Source of the DNA: Malacoraja senta
Lineage: Eukaryota
Direction: 5' to 3'
Length of the DNA: 64,000 nt
Assembly: GCA_038087875.1 (NCBI GenBank)
Contig: CM075990.1
Coordinates: 16,556,001-16,620,000, forward strand
Each line of letters opens with the position of its first letter. Position 1 is the first letter of the stretch. Shown piece by piece: positions 1-13,658 of the stretch. Position numbers and translations under genes: made by a program. The notes under the pieces are model-generated. The model worked only from the letters and a program-made list of their open reading frames with translations. It was not told the origin of the DNA and searched no databases.

Positions 1-875
1 CCCACCATCACAAATGCCAGTCTTCAACTATTTTGATGCATTTCATATGATATCTAAAAATGTCCAAGATACTAGATACAGCAGAGACTGTAAGTCTTCA
101 GTGCTGAAGACATGTCCTCTAGAATTGGTTACCTCTAATCAAACTAATTCAGTACATAGTATTTACTTGACAAATGTCCAGGCAAGTTCTGATATAAAGT
201 CCAATATAATTAATTACTAACTCAACAACTCTATTTTCAATGATCAGCAAAGTGATGGGAAATGCCATCAACAATGTGAGCATTGGCTCACAAATAAGCT
301 ACTCTCTCATGCTCAGATTAACATTTTTCAAACCAAGTGGCTCCAGATTGTATTAAGATTTTTGTTCGGCAAAAGCAGGGCAATGAGACTGCCCTTGATA
401 TCAAGGCACAAATCTGATGAATGAAATATTAGGAAATTATAGAAAAGGTGGCCCGTGGGAATTTCTGGCAGAAGTCATACCGAGCACAAAGGAAGATGGA
501 TGTGACTGTTGGAGGCCAATCATGTCAGCCCAGGTCAGTGTTGCATAAATTCCTCATGTCTCCACCTTCTTAAGCTGGTTCAATGTCCTTATTTTACATC
601 ATGGGACAGAGGTGGGGAGCTTTGCTAAAAATTCCATTCCAGCTCTCAAAATAACGCAGTTTTACTCACATGCATCAAGCAGGATAATGGCAAGTACACT
701 AATGCCACAACATGTCAAGCCATGGCCAACTCCAGCACACAGTTCTGGGATTATCCCAATATTCAATGATAATCCATCACCATTGACCAGAAACTAAACT
801 GGATGGCCATAAAAATACTGCAGCTATACGAGGTAACCTGTGTCATGTAATGATTCTCAAAGTCTCTCCATCTAA

Positions 876-1006
876 AAGGCATAAGTCTTTCCATTATCTC
901 TAAGGCACAAGTCTTTCTATTTTCTCTAAGGCACAAATCTTTCCATTATCTCTAAGGTACGTCATATTATTATCTCCAGGGCACAAGTCTTTCATTATGT
1001 CTAAGG
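876..1006. repeat. Short tandem repeat of about 26 bp, about 5 copies
   Basis: AAGGCACAAGTCTTTCCATTATCTCT-like units. Confidence 0.8.
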
Positions 1007-1752
1007 CAGGAATGTGATGAAATATTAGCCATCTTACCGGGACATGGGTGATGACAATATGTCCTCCAAAGCAACCACTTGATTGAACATCCCACCCACC
1101 ATCCGAACTATTCATTCCCACATCCACTGCGAAGCGTGATTCCAATGTGTACCCTTTGCAAATTGCCTTATCATTAATTGCCATGACTATTCCAACAGAG
1201 CCTCCCAAATATACCACTACTAGCCAAGGTAAAGGACAGCATAAGCATCAGAACACCATCATGATGCATGCCCCCCTTGAGAGCAAAGTAGTCTTAATTT
1301 GGGAATATATGTGTGTTTTTGTAGTCTTTCCAGGAACTCTCTGCTTAACATCATCGTGGGACTATTTTCACCAGATGCACTGCCTTTGTCCAAGATGCCA
1401 TCTCAACTTTATCTTTTCAGAGGCAATTGGGGCTGGGGGGGAAATGCTGGTACGCATAACATAAACTAGAGGAACAACGCATTTTGCACACAGTAAATCC
1501 TTCATATGACAAAATGCTGTTCCTGATCATTGTTCTCACTTTATAACAAAAACATAAATACATATAAAGAGCACAGATTGTTGAAGACTTCTTTCACATT
1601 CTACTGGCATGTTGTCTCATTTTAATGTGCAGTGCTGGTCTTAATTTGAACTAACAAAAGGTGTGATAATTACTATTTCTAAAAAAAAAATACCAGTCCA
1701 GCTCTTGTAACGCAAGCTTGCAGAAATAAACGCGCTAGATTTTGCAACCTAC

Positions 1753-1845
1753 CTGTGTACAAAGAGTATGCAACCGCCGAGCCAGTTGAGCCATTTCCGG
1801 CAAAAGGGACTGCAGAAGATGCTGTGTTTCCACATCATTTAAATC
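1753..1845 (-). CDS. PARG: PARG exon DLNDVETQHLLQSLLPEMAQLARRLHTLCTQ; gene continues beyond window start
   Basis: 93 nt, ttttaag/gtaggt. Matches human [31 protein letters not shown]. Confidence 0.94.
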
Positions 1846-2269
1846 CTTAAAAAAAGAAAGTTTATCATTGTTGCAGTGTTGCAATACTGTGTGTACAGCA
1901 TTTAAATAAAACAAATGAACAATACAGATATACAAAACAAATACCTAAGGGATTTTTTAAATTTAATATTTTATATACAGGCATATCACATTTCATAATA
2001 CTATGCAATAAATTGCCACGGCAATATCCTAATACTCCATAATTTAATTTATGTCTTAAATTAACTTGATTAAATAAGTAGCTATAATGTTTTAAAAAAG
2101 ACCATCTTCCTTAAAACCTGGTGTCATAAAATTATCAGTGATGTCTATTAATGGCATGCTTCAGTTTCAAATAACTTCAATGCAAGGATGAATTTTATTG
2201 GTCATTTCTAAATGCTTGTGTTATATTTGTGAAATCAAAATTAAAAAGCAGGTTTGTGAAATCATAATT

Positions 2270-2660
2270 AGTAGTAGCAGGCCCCCCTCGGTCATGGCTG
2301 ACCATGGGTGATGCATCCTAGTTTGCAGGTGATGTGTGGTCGGATGCAAGCCTGGGCGATGTCATACGGAGGACAGGCTGTTGCCCATGCAGCACGTCCC
2401 CCCTCTCCACATCGCTGATCGATCCAAAGGAACAGCAGGTCCATTACAGTTAGGCACCAGCGCCGTCGCAGGAGCTGCCAGAGCGAGGTTGTAGACAACG
2501 ACAAACTGCCTTAGGGGCTCCGACTCCGGATTTTCTTGAGGTTTACTCCAGGAGCCTTTTCCATGACTGGATATGGCCACAAGGCAGCGGAGATTTTAAA
2601 TCAGAGTTTCCCCTACCCTAGACGGACTGCCTTCCCAGGCTGACGAGCCCCATCTGCCCA
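2270..2660 (-). mobile_element. RTE-related non-autonomous element
   Basis: GC-rich block starting GGGCAGATGGGGCTCGTCAGCCTGGGAAGGCAG..GGAAACTCTGATTT, which resembles RTE 5'UTRs; ends in a (CTA)n tail; no RT ORF. Confidence 0.55.
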
Positions 2661-4109
2661 AAATAGTGCTTATAAAATGAGTATATCCACTAGAGTGGAT
2701 TCTGCAGCAATAATAATAGCAAAGCTTTCAGTACTGGATATTATTACAAGGTACATGTGACAGTCGTGTCTGGTGTTCATACATACGCTGCTAAACACCA
2801 AGATCCAGAAGTTGTTTTACAAGGATGTGGTTTCCAGTTTTTGTTAATAGACTCTCTTACTAGCATTGAGTTTTATTAAATGTTTCTCCTCCTGGTATTT
2901 ATGCATAGGATATTGCACAAAGTGTTACTTAGATTATAGTAAAACACTTAGCTCTGGAGATTGGGGGGGGGGGGGGGGGGGGGGGGGGTCAAACCAAGGT
3001 TAGTGAGCCAAGAGTTAATGTACTTTCAGCATGGAGGAATTAATTACACAATCCAGCCTGTAATACTTCAAATCCCAAGTACCAAAATAACTCATCACAA
3101 CCTTAGTGCAGGCCTTCAAATACGATATAGACACAAACAATATATAGAATGGAATGACATCAAATGGAAGTAAAAAAACCAAGAGATAGAACAATAAAGG
3201 AATAAAGAATTGGAGTTGGATAGACAGCAGAACTTTATTTCTATGGAATAAATGAGGAAGATGCTAATATATCCCTTCTAAACTATCTAAACACTGCATC
3301 CACTCGCACTGTGGGAAGTACAAGACTTTTAAGGCCCAATGGTAGTGCACTGATCTTGCACCCTGCTGCTGGGCACTGTACATCATGTATTGAGCTGGAG
3401 GGCTGATATACTTCATATCCAGTCCCCTATTTATGCCAACATAGTGGGTGCATCCAGTGTGGCCTCATTATGTTGAATGTAGTTTTAAAACTGCTTTCAA
3501 ATTTAAAATAATTTTAAATATGTGTCAGCATGAGATACTTCAATAAAAACATAATAAAGCAAATTAAATGAATTAAATACGAAAACTATCCACTTACTTT
3601 TTCCCCCCAGAGATGATGCCTCTTGACAAATGTGTTTGCACCATGTTTAACTTGCCACAGACTCAGCAGCAGAGATTTCCCAGCCTGAGCGCTTTGAAAC
3701 CAAGGGAAGGGCAATGTGGCCTCCTGGAGAAATCTGGGCAAGTCCTAACATTAACACTGATGTCGAGGTAGCTATACAGCTGGCAGTTTAGCCATTTGTT
3801 TCAATGCTATTATCCTCCCCTGTGATTTCAGTCAATACCATGTCATTTTTTTTAGTTATTAGTTATCTGACAATCTTAAATCAAGGAAATGAAGTTCCAC
3901 ACTTATGCAACTTTACAACCATGACATTTGGTATTAGCTAGACCGTTTAAGTACTGACAACTCCTGAGAAATACCGGAGGAGAAAAGACAATCAGCCTTC
4001 AGATTGTGACCAAAAGATTGCAGCTTTTTATTGTCCGATTGATTTCTAACACCTGTCAGTAGCTTCCATACAGTACACAATTATATCATTCAAAATAATA
4101 AATTATCCT

Positions 4110-5040
4110 TTGGTTCTTGGTTTCTTGGTCCTCCAAAATATTCCAAATGGAATTTAAACTGGAGGTGGTGGAGGGATAACTTAAGCCAGAAAGGGTTTTT
4201 GGGAAGAAAGAGCTACCTTAAATTTAGTTGCATCTGGTTGGGTAACTAAAGTAGGGTGGAGATTATTCCATGCTTTAATTGTGTGGGGGAAGAACGAATT
4301 GCTGTACACATCTGTCTTGGTAGCTGGAATCAGAAATTGTATCGAATGCCCTCGTCTGCTCCTAGTTGGTTGGGGTTTGGTGTAGGTCTTGTAATCTATG
4401 TCGAGCTGACCATTTAACATTTTGTAAAAACTGGTCAAACAGTGAGCTTCACGTCTGTCTTGGAGAGGGTTCCACCCCAGAGAATTCAGAAGTTTGGTAA
4501 CACTCGCTTCTCTCTCATAGGTGTTAGTAACAAATCGAGCTGCCTGTCTTTGGACATGTTCGATGGAAGACATTTTTTTATTTGTGTATGGGTCCCATGC
4601 TGCAACTGCGTAGTCCAAATGAGGTCTAACGAGGGTGAAGTATAGCTTCTCCTTGACAGAAGTTGAACAATGATGAAAGTTGCGCCTCAGAAAATTTAGG
4701 ACACCTGTTGCTTTCACCGTTGCATGATGAGTCTGACCATTCCAGCGCAGATCATTCTGCAACTTGATGCCAAGATATTTGGTTTGTTTGGATTCTTCAA
4801 GGGTAGTACCAAGTATATTGTACGATGTTTCGCCTGTACAAAGTTTCGCCTGGATTCCTCTTTCTGGTGACACACATGGTTTCACATTTGGAAGGGTTGA
4901 AGGGTTGAACTGCATGCCCCATTGTTGTGACCACTCAACCATTGTATCGAGGTCCTTTTGGAGAGCATCTTCATCATCAGCTGACTTAATTGTACGGTAC
5001 AGCAAACTCAGCTGACTTAATTGGACGGTACAGCAAACTT
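4110..5040 (-). mobile_element. CR1-group LINE 3' fragment of a distinct family
   Basis: RPHLDYAVAAWDPY..VQRQAARFV..LGWNPLQDRR..NSFFPHTIKAWNNL; (CCAAGAA)-like tail. Confidence 0.85.
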
Positions 5041-8000
5041 TGGGTACTAACATTTTCCACTTTTCAATGCAACTGTGGAATACAGAAAACAGCAACAGAT
5101 TCATAAATAGGATCGTGTTGTTGAAGTTCCATCAGGCAGGATGGCCATTTCTAGCGGCAATGAACAAAAGACTATTTCCCAAAGATGGTCCACATAATTG
5201 ACATATCAGCCTCAGTATTGTGTAGATATTGTATCTTTTTTTAACATGGTTAACAGGGTAATTAAACTGGAAGGAAAATCATGGAGTTATAAGAAAATTC
5301 TTGCCAACAGTACCGGGTTGCGATCGGAAATAAGAGTGGCCAACTCTGCATTAAATCTGAACCAAACGCATTCAGAATCCTGACCTGCGCAAGTATTGAT
5401 TTACGGAGATATTGGCTGGAACATGTCAGCACAATCAATCACTCAGTAATTTTATCACGGCTGTTTTTCAGGATGCTGATTAAATGGAGGCAATGCAAAT
5501 GGCTTGATTTAGTTGGAGGTTGGCAACTTCCTGGGCAGACAGCCTTGACTAGCAATTTAGGAAAGTGAACATTTATATTGCTACAAAGAGGCTTGACTAA
5601 ATACTGCCATAACTAATGACTGCTTGTCACTGTAAAACTGTTCTAGTGTGGGTAATGAATGAGTACCCCTGACGGGACGAGATGAGAAGGCGCTGAGGCA
5701 GCATGCTTAGCAGGTTTAAATCAAGACTTGACAATGCATCAAATCAAGTAAACCAAGATATGTCACATGACCGTAGGCATTTCCATACATCACAATGGAG
5801 AAGCAGTAATCAAGTAAAAAGGCAGGTTTAATGCCCCTGTGTACATAAAGGTGGAGATTTACAGTATTGTATTTATCCATGCCAATAACCTGACTTGGTT
5901 GATTTACTTTGACAGACCTTGACAATAGGATGAATGAACTCTTTGAATGGCTACGTTCTAAACATTTCAAGTCAAATTTGTAATCAGGCATGCGCCAAGT
6001 AAATGGTATTTCAAAGAACCAAGTCCACTGAAAATAAACATATCCATCAGGCTTTGACTTTGTTATCTTGTGGACTGTAAATCTACATCTGCATTTCAGC
6101 TGAACCACGTCTTCCCTTTCGCTCAGGAGCAAGAATGACAAGCGTATTTTTTAAGAAGTTATTATTCATCCTTCTCTGCTGAGAGCCAAAAGCATCAGTA
6201 AATAGACAGCATTCCTTTGTTACTAGTCCCCAGACTGTTTAATACTTCAATGTCATCAAAATTGAGACTGCCGCTAGACTTTCTACTCTCAAAGGTTAAG
6301 ATGCATTTTTAGAGAAAAATGTAATTTATTGATTGTAAGTTACATTTGGAAACACGTGGTTACTGCTTTAAGGAATGTAACAACCATTCGTGATTGCCAT
6401 TATGCTGAGTGCTTTGTCCAACACAAATTTATTTTTTGACATGGACCAATTTGGTGCAAATTCCCAAGAATTTTATGTCCACAGCATTTAGAACTGGTAG
6501 GTTCACATCAAGCAAGATTGGTACATGTGGCACTTGATTTTAGCAGCATCACAGAAAAAAAATCTGGTTTAGAAACAATACATTGTTCATTAGATTTTGC
6601 TTATCATGTGGTGAAGTGAAGAGCACCTACAAGTGATTTTTGTTGATCTACAAGGTGGCAATAATGGGAAGATTTCCTCTGCACACTCAGGTTATCAAAA
6701 TTATAATCTTGCATTCCACTTCATAGCGCTGAGAGTTCAATAAAAATAATTTCCCACCGTTCAATGTTACTACCGCTGAATGCAAAAGTCATTTTGTCAA
6801 AGCTATGAAAAGTTTGGTAGCAGAACACAACCTTCCGTGGTAAAGCAAATCACGTGAAAATAGTGGAGAACCATAGCATATGAAAAAAATAACAGCTGAA
6901 ATTAGTCCTGAACCCTCACAGAAAGGTAGCGAAGACACAAGATTGCAGTTACTGGAATCTTGAGGAAATCACAAAGTTCTGGAGGAATTCAGAGGATCAG
7001 GCAGCATCTGTGGAGGGAATTGACAGACGATGCTTTGGGTCAGGACAATTCGTCAGACTTCAGTTTCATTGCTTATGTTGCCAATTTCCATCCTGACATT
7101 TCTTTATTTTCTAAATCTGTGTCTCTATCTCAGGAGATAAGGCAAAGAAACGTCACCCATTCCTTCTCTCCAGAGATGCTGCCTGACCCGCTGTGTTACT
7201 CCAGCATATTGTGTCTACCTTCAAAGGTGACCACAAACATCTATTACAAGACTATTGACTCCAGATATCTTGACCACCCTGCCTCCTGAAAAGACTCTGT
7301 TCCATTCTCCCAGTTCCTTGTCTCTGACCTATTTTCTCCAAGAAGGAGACTTTCCATCGATGGTGTCCCCCGAAATGTTTCTCATTCTGGAGCATGGCTT
7401 CCCTGTTAAGAAAGACCTTGACAGCATCAGCCACTTATATCTCACGCCTTTGCCTATCTTCTGTTTAAACCAGGATCTGCAGTTCCTGCCTACACATATC
7501 TTTTTTTTCCCCCAATCTCCTTTCAGCATTTAGCAGGGACCACTCCCTTCAAAGACACCTTGGTCCACTCTTCCATTCCACCAACCATCTCAAAAATATT
7601 GCACATAAGGAAGGAGTCTGGAGAAGGGACCCGCCATAAAACATCACCTATCTATGGTCTCCAGACATGTTGCATGGTCTGCTCAGTTAATCCAACATTT
7701 TGTGCCTTTTGTTCTGTAAACCAGCATCTGCAGTTCCTTGCTTCTACACATTTCTACCAGCTCTGCCAATCATGATCAAGAAAGCCACCATTTTCTTTCT
7801 AGTTTGCGCCACATTAACTAATATCAACCCAGGAAACATTATGAGATTCTGCAATTAATATCCGGGTGAAAAGAGAATAGTGGGAAAAAAGTTTAAGAAG
7901 GAACTGCAGATGCTGGAAAATCGAAGGTAGACAATCTATGGAGCGAAGGAAATAGGCAACGTTTCGGTCTGAAGAAGGGTTTTGGCCTAAAACGTTGCCT

Positions 8001-11000
8001 ATTTCCTTCGCTCCATAGATGCTGCCGCACCCGCTGAGTTTCTCCAGCACTTTTGCCTAGTGGGAAAAAAGTGGCAGGTCTTAAAATATATTTTTTTTTT
8101 CGAGATTTAGAAAAAGAGTTTTTAATGTATAGGAAATGGCAATTAAAGAATAGGTCCAAAAGTAGGGCAAGAAAAAATCGGATGTACAAGAGAACTAAAG
8201 CAAAGTGTTGCAGAATACTGCCAGGATGGTGAAGGTCACAATAGTCTTTCATTTTCACTGATTAAAAACCTAGTATGGAGCCACTGGGGAGAGGAGAGAA
8301 TATTTTTGTTTTTCAACGATAAATATTTTCAGACTGGTCTTTATTTCCTGCTGGTACGAGGGAAATGCAAAATTAGATGTCTTCATTAATTAAGAGATCT
8401 TTAAAGGTAGACATCATCTGTGATACAATATAGTGTTTTATAGTCGTCATTTAGCCGAACTGTCAATCTCACCATCACTCAGACCTCCTTCACCTCCAGG
8501 CTCAACCTCGACAGGGTCAGCAGGAAATAATTAACTGAATCTTTTCGTCTTTATTTACTTGCAAGGTAATAAACTCAATTGTATTAATGTGATGTGAGAC
8601 ATCCACAAATGTCAACCATGCTCCTCAATTACTCTGCTTTCTGATTAGAAGTAAGAAGATTGTAAAATAATTCTGCACAAAAGTGCATCTATGATTTCTA
8701 CATTTAATTAGAGCACCAAATTATGCAGCTTCCATTCCACTCCATAAAAAGGTTGTGTTTTCCCCCACACAAAAACTCAACTCGAGACTTCATTTCAAAA
8801 GAAAATTGTCAAACATGACAAGATGCACTAATTATATCATCCCATTAAAATACTGACATAGTGATCCCAATTATATTTGATATTTACTGTTTGCAAACAT
8901 CTTGTTCGAATACAAAGAAAATATGTATAATTAATTCAGGATCATGTGGTTTTTTTTAATGCACTTTTATTTTCTTCCCAAATGCAAATTTAAATCAATT
9001 TATATATCAAGTTTCATAGAAATAAAAAGATATTCTAAGTCAACATTATTTTTTTAATTTATCTTTAATTTCAGGATTATTGGTATTAGTTATCATGTAG
9101 AGCACGAACCTTTTGTTTTAAATTCCAATTGAACACTGTCAAGTAAACTTTTCTGCAAAATGCATTGCTAAAGCATAATGTTAAACATTTTGGTTGGGAT
9201 TAAGAAACAACTGAGATCCCAAGTGCTTCTTCGTCTTTCACATTTTTCAGTTCACGCAGGGGTTGGTACTGAGAGCATTTGCTGATGACACTGAGATATA
9301 TGGCCAAGGGTTGAATGCAAGGGGACTTGATACTATTCAGAGACACAGAAAATGATTAAGTGAATGAGCCAAGAGGAAATGGACACAATTTAATTTAAGT
9401 AAATGCGCAGGAAGGTAAATCCAAGGTTCTGATTTAATGACAAGAATTAATGCTGGTGCATGAAGAAACTAGGATGTTGTGAGAGCTGGAGGAAAACAGT
9501 GGAATGAAATGTATATTTTACATTGACACAGGAATAGAAAAGTACAGCACAGGAACAGTCCCATAAGTTCACAAAGATAGACACAAAATGCTGGAGTAAC
9601 TCAGCAGGACAGACACCATCTCTGGATAGAAGGAATGGGTAATGTTTCGGGTCGAGATCCTTCTTCAGACCACAATGTCTGTGCCAAACATTACACCAGG
9701 TTAAACTAATCTCCTCTGCCTACATTGATCTACACCCTTCCATTCCCTGCATCTCCACATGACCATCTAAAAGCCTCTTCAATGCCACTGTTATATCTGC
9801 CTCCACCACCACCACTGGCATTGTGTTCCAAGCAGTCACCATTCCGTGTAGAAAACAACTTGCTCCACATAAACCTCCAATAGGCAATTCATTTACAAAT
9901 AGATTACTTCATATTTTCAGTAGATCGCCTGAAATAGCAATGAATGGATGGAGAGCGTAAAGCATTCAAAAAGGAACTGCATTTACTTCGCACCTTAACA
10001 TGTCCTGGCAAATCAGATAAAGCAAATGAAATATAATGCAAGAAATTGTAAAATTGTCCATTTTGGCAGGAAAAATAAAAAGCGAATTATCTAAATGATG
10101 AGAAACAGCAGAGCATAATTGACGTTGATTGGAAGCAATTCAAAGAAGGTTTAGTAGATTAATTGAATGTGGATTGTCTTAAAAGCAAAAGTTGAACAGG
10201 CTAGGTTTGTAACCAATGGAGCTTAGAGCAGCCTGAACTGAACATAGTGATCCTGAGGGTTCTTGAGGGGATGCATATGGAGACAATTCCCCTCGTGTGA
10301 GAATCTAGAGTTGCAGCTTCTTCATTCTCACACAAGGGGAAACATCTCCACAACAATCCTGCCAACAACTCTCAGGTATGTTTCTGTCCAAAACCAAAGC
10401 TGGCTGCTCTAAACCTCAGTAAGGGATAATGATTTTTTTAAGCATGAGCATTTTGAACACTTGACCAAAGGTCAGTGGAAGCAGAGTCCAGGTAGGGGGA
10501 AGTTTTCCACTTGGATCCAATCAACTTCAATTTTACCGGGACTTCTTAATGCCAGACTTGGTCAAATGCTGCCTTGAGGCAGTAATGTTCACCTCATCTG
10601 TAGATTGCAAAGCACTCTATTCGAGCATGAGAATTGTACAAGGGTACTGACATGCTTCCTGGTTGTAAATTGTTTATTTTTAAGAAACCGTGGCCATAGG
10701 AGTCTATTTGCAAAAAAAATTACAAGTATCTGTTAAAATGTCTAGAAAAATACATAGGCTGCTAAACAACTTACTACATTCCGCTTCATACCACTCATAT
10801 TTAATTCCATGCACGTCAAGCTATGTTTCATTAATTGGGCACCCTGGGCCTGAATCTCGTTAAATCTATACTCAAACTGCGCTCTTTAAGTTCTTTCGTT
10901 TTTGCACAAAGTGCATGGACTTTGCAAAACATTGTGTTCTAATTTGAGTTAGATTTTGTCAAGGAAATAAACTCCATTTTGTTTTGGACCCCAATAATAC

Positions 11001-12014
11001 AATTGGGAACAAGTCAGACACCTCCTTCCCCCACCACCATCAGTCTGAAGAAGAGTCTTGACCCAAAATGTCTCTTATCCACGTTCTCCCGAGATGCTGC
11101 CTGACCTGCTGAGTTACTCCAGCACTTTGTGTCTATTTTGTAAACCAGTTCCTTGCATCCATGTTTTTGTTTAGTTTGTGCTGCTGAAGATTGAAAATTT
11201 TCTATTTTAGCTTTCTCTTATTTGATCATCCACACGGTCCTTTTACTGCAAAGATCTGGTTTAGATGAAGCAGGTTTTAAATGACTAAGTGTCTCTGATA
11301 GTGGTTAGCCGGCAAATCCAAGTCAGAATCAGTGACTCTTCAATGTCAAACAAAAGGTAATCATAATTGGATCTGGCAAGTTTCCCCCCTGTACTTTGAA
11401 TTTAGTTCCCAAACAAATGAATTGTTAACATGTTATATGAACACAGGATGCTTGCAGTTTGTCTCAAGACATGCATGAACAATTTTTAATATTTTACAGA
11501 TGGAATTAGGCACAGAGCCTCTTCCTCTATCGTCGTAGTCATTGTACGATGACTCAAAAGCTAATCAAATTTCCATGGAAATCCTTTATTCAATTTCCAT
11601 TGATAAGAAAAGGTTTTAAGCTATTAGCTTTCACTTATTTGATTATCCACAAGGTCCTTTTACTGTAAAGATCTGGTTTAGGCTAAGCAGTTTTTAAATA
11701 AGTAGAATTTATACTTAAGTGTCTCTGAGAGCAGATCAACTAACAAGTCCAAATCAGAATTAATGACTTTCAATGTCAAACATTTATGCATTTTGCCAAC
11801 AGCCAAAACAGAACTGAAACTGTAAGATTACTAGGATTTGAATGAAACTATTACAGGAAAACGTCTTAAAATTCTTCACTATGAATTACCACTGAAGAGT
11901 ACTAATATTTACATTAAATGTGGCAGTGTTTGCAGCAACTGACCAAAAAAATGAGTTAGGGGCTGGGGGAATGTTAAAATTCTCAGCATCACTCACCCAT
12001 CCTCCCCTTCAGAT

Positions 12015-12830
12015 GTAGAATATGGAACAGTATAGCACAACAGGTCCTTCAGCCCACAATGTCTGTGCTGAACATAATGCCAAGACCATCTTTTATCAGC
12101 CTGCACATAATCCATACCTCTTCATTCCATTTGTTATCCAAAGTCTCTTAAATGCCACTATCATATCTGCCTCAACCACCACCCGCCAACACTGTGTATC
12201 AGGTGCACACCAACCACCCTTTGTGTAAAAAACCTGCCCCACACAGCTCCTTTAAACATTGCCTCTCTCACCTTAAAGTTATGCCCTCTAGTACTGATTT
12301 TTCCATCCTGGGAAAATAGGATCTGACTGACTGTCTGTCTGATCAACATTGAACCTCCTCCGCACACTTTCCAAAGCCTCTGCATCCATCTTGTAATGGG
12401 TGAACAGCACTGCACACAATACTCTAAACGTGGCTTCACCAAGGTCCTATAAAGCAGCACCATGATTTGCTGGCTCTTATACTTAATAACCTGACCTATG
12501 AAAGTAAGCATAACATATGCCTACTTTACCACTCTATCGACATGTGTTGCCACTTTCAGGGAGTTATGGACCTCTAGATCCCTCTGTACATCAATGCTGT
12601 TGAGAGTCATGCCATTAATTAGCTATATTCCCCTTACATTTGACCTCCCAATGTGCATCAGTTGCTCGGATTAAATGCCATCTACAATTTCTCCGCCCAT
12701 TTTTGTAGCTGATCTATTTCCCCACTGCATCCTTTGGCAGCCTTCCTCACCATTCGTAATCCCAGTAATCTTGGTATCATCTGCAAACCTACTAACCAAC
12801 CCATCCATGTTAAGTTCAAGTCATTTATAT
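12015..12830 (-). mobile_element. Degraded CR1 3' fragment
   Basis: LYRTLVKPRLEYCVQ and FFTQRVVG motifs. Confidence 0.85.
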
Positions 12831-13081
12831 ATATCAAAAACAGCAAAAGTCCCAGAACTTCCTAAAATCCCATTCTTTCCTATACAAACTGCACTCCACA
12901 TACCGATTAATCTGTCCTATGCTAAAAAACAATTACAAACAATAATAATATTAATGAGGAAAGTAGTCACAAAACTGATGTAGATTTTAGAATATTGTAT
13001 CAGGACTTTTCTCCGCAGACAGATCATTTGAAAATTCATACGAGCATAACTTCCCTTTGAAGTCACTACAGTAACTAAGCA

Positions 13082-13303
13082 GGTACACAAAAATGCTGGA
13101 GAAACTCAGCGGGTGCAGCAGCATCTATGGAGCGAAGGAAATAGGCAATGTTTCGGGCCGAAACCCTTCTTCAGTCTGAAGAAGGGTTTCGGCCCGAAAC
13201 GTTGCCTATTTCCTTCGCTCCATAGATGCTGCTGCACCCGCTGAGTTTCTCCAGCATTTTTGTGTACCTTCGATTTTCCAGCATCTGCAGTTCCTTCTTT
13301 AAC
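13082..13303. mobile_element. Fold-back Penelope-derived short element with hammerhead cores
   Basis: Near-perfect palindrome of about 190 bp centred at 13175. 14-bp TSD ACAGTAACTAAGCA. Related copies at about 7893-8057, 9575-9670, 11040-11150, 20585-20665, 29015-29150, 34293-34490, 42637-42769, 43140-43370, 52900-53075, 53510-53712 and 63785-64000. Confidence 0.85.
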
Positions 13304-13638
13304 ACAGTAACTAAGCAAATGTGCTCAGAAACTTCAAAGCAATAGGTTTGAAAAATACCTCAGATTTTTCGATCAAGACAAAAATCTACAAAACAAAGTC
13401 TAAATATGAAACCTGTAGTTATGGGAAATATATTATTCAATTGGTGGTAATGGCATTGTATATTCATTACTTATGATTTGATGCATGTTTATGTTCTAAT
13501 CATTCGAATGCACTTTTAAATGCAATTAATCAATTATGTAAATATCAGTAACATGGGTGACTATACTACTGAGGTAATTCTTTAGCAATGAAGTACACAT
13601 GTCCCAAGGACAAAGGGGAAAAAAAGCAAAATGACCAA

Positions 13639-13658
13639 GCAGTGCCATCTGTTGGCAG
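13639..13658 (-). promoter_or_regulatory. CTCF-like motif
   Basis: CTGCCAACAGATGGCACTGC fits the CTCF core consensus; motif match only. Confidence 0.45.

Noticed and set aside
5716..6141. 141-aa minus-strand ORF in the PARG intron
   Set aside because: No recognisable domain. The flanking PARG exons join in phase without it.
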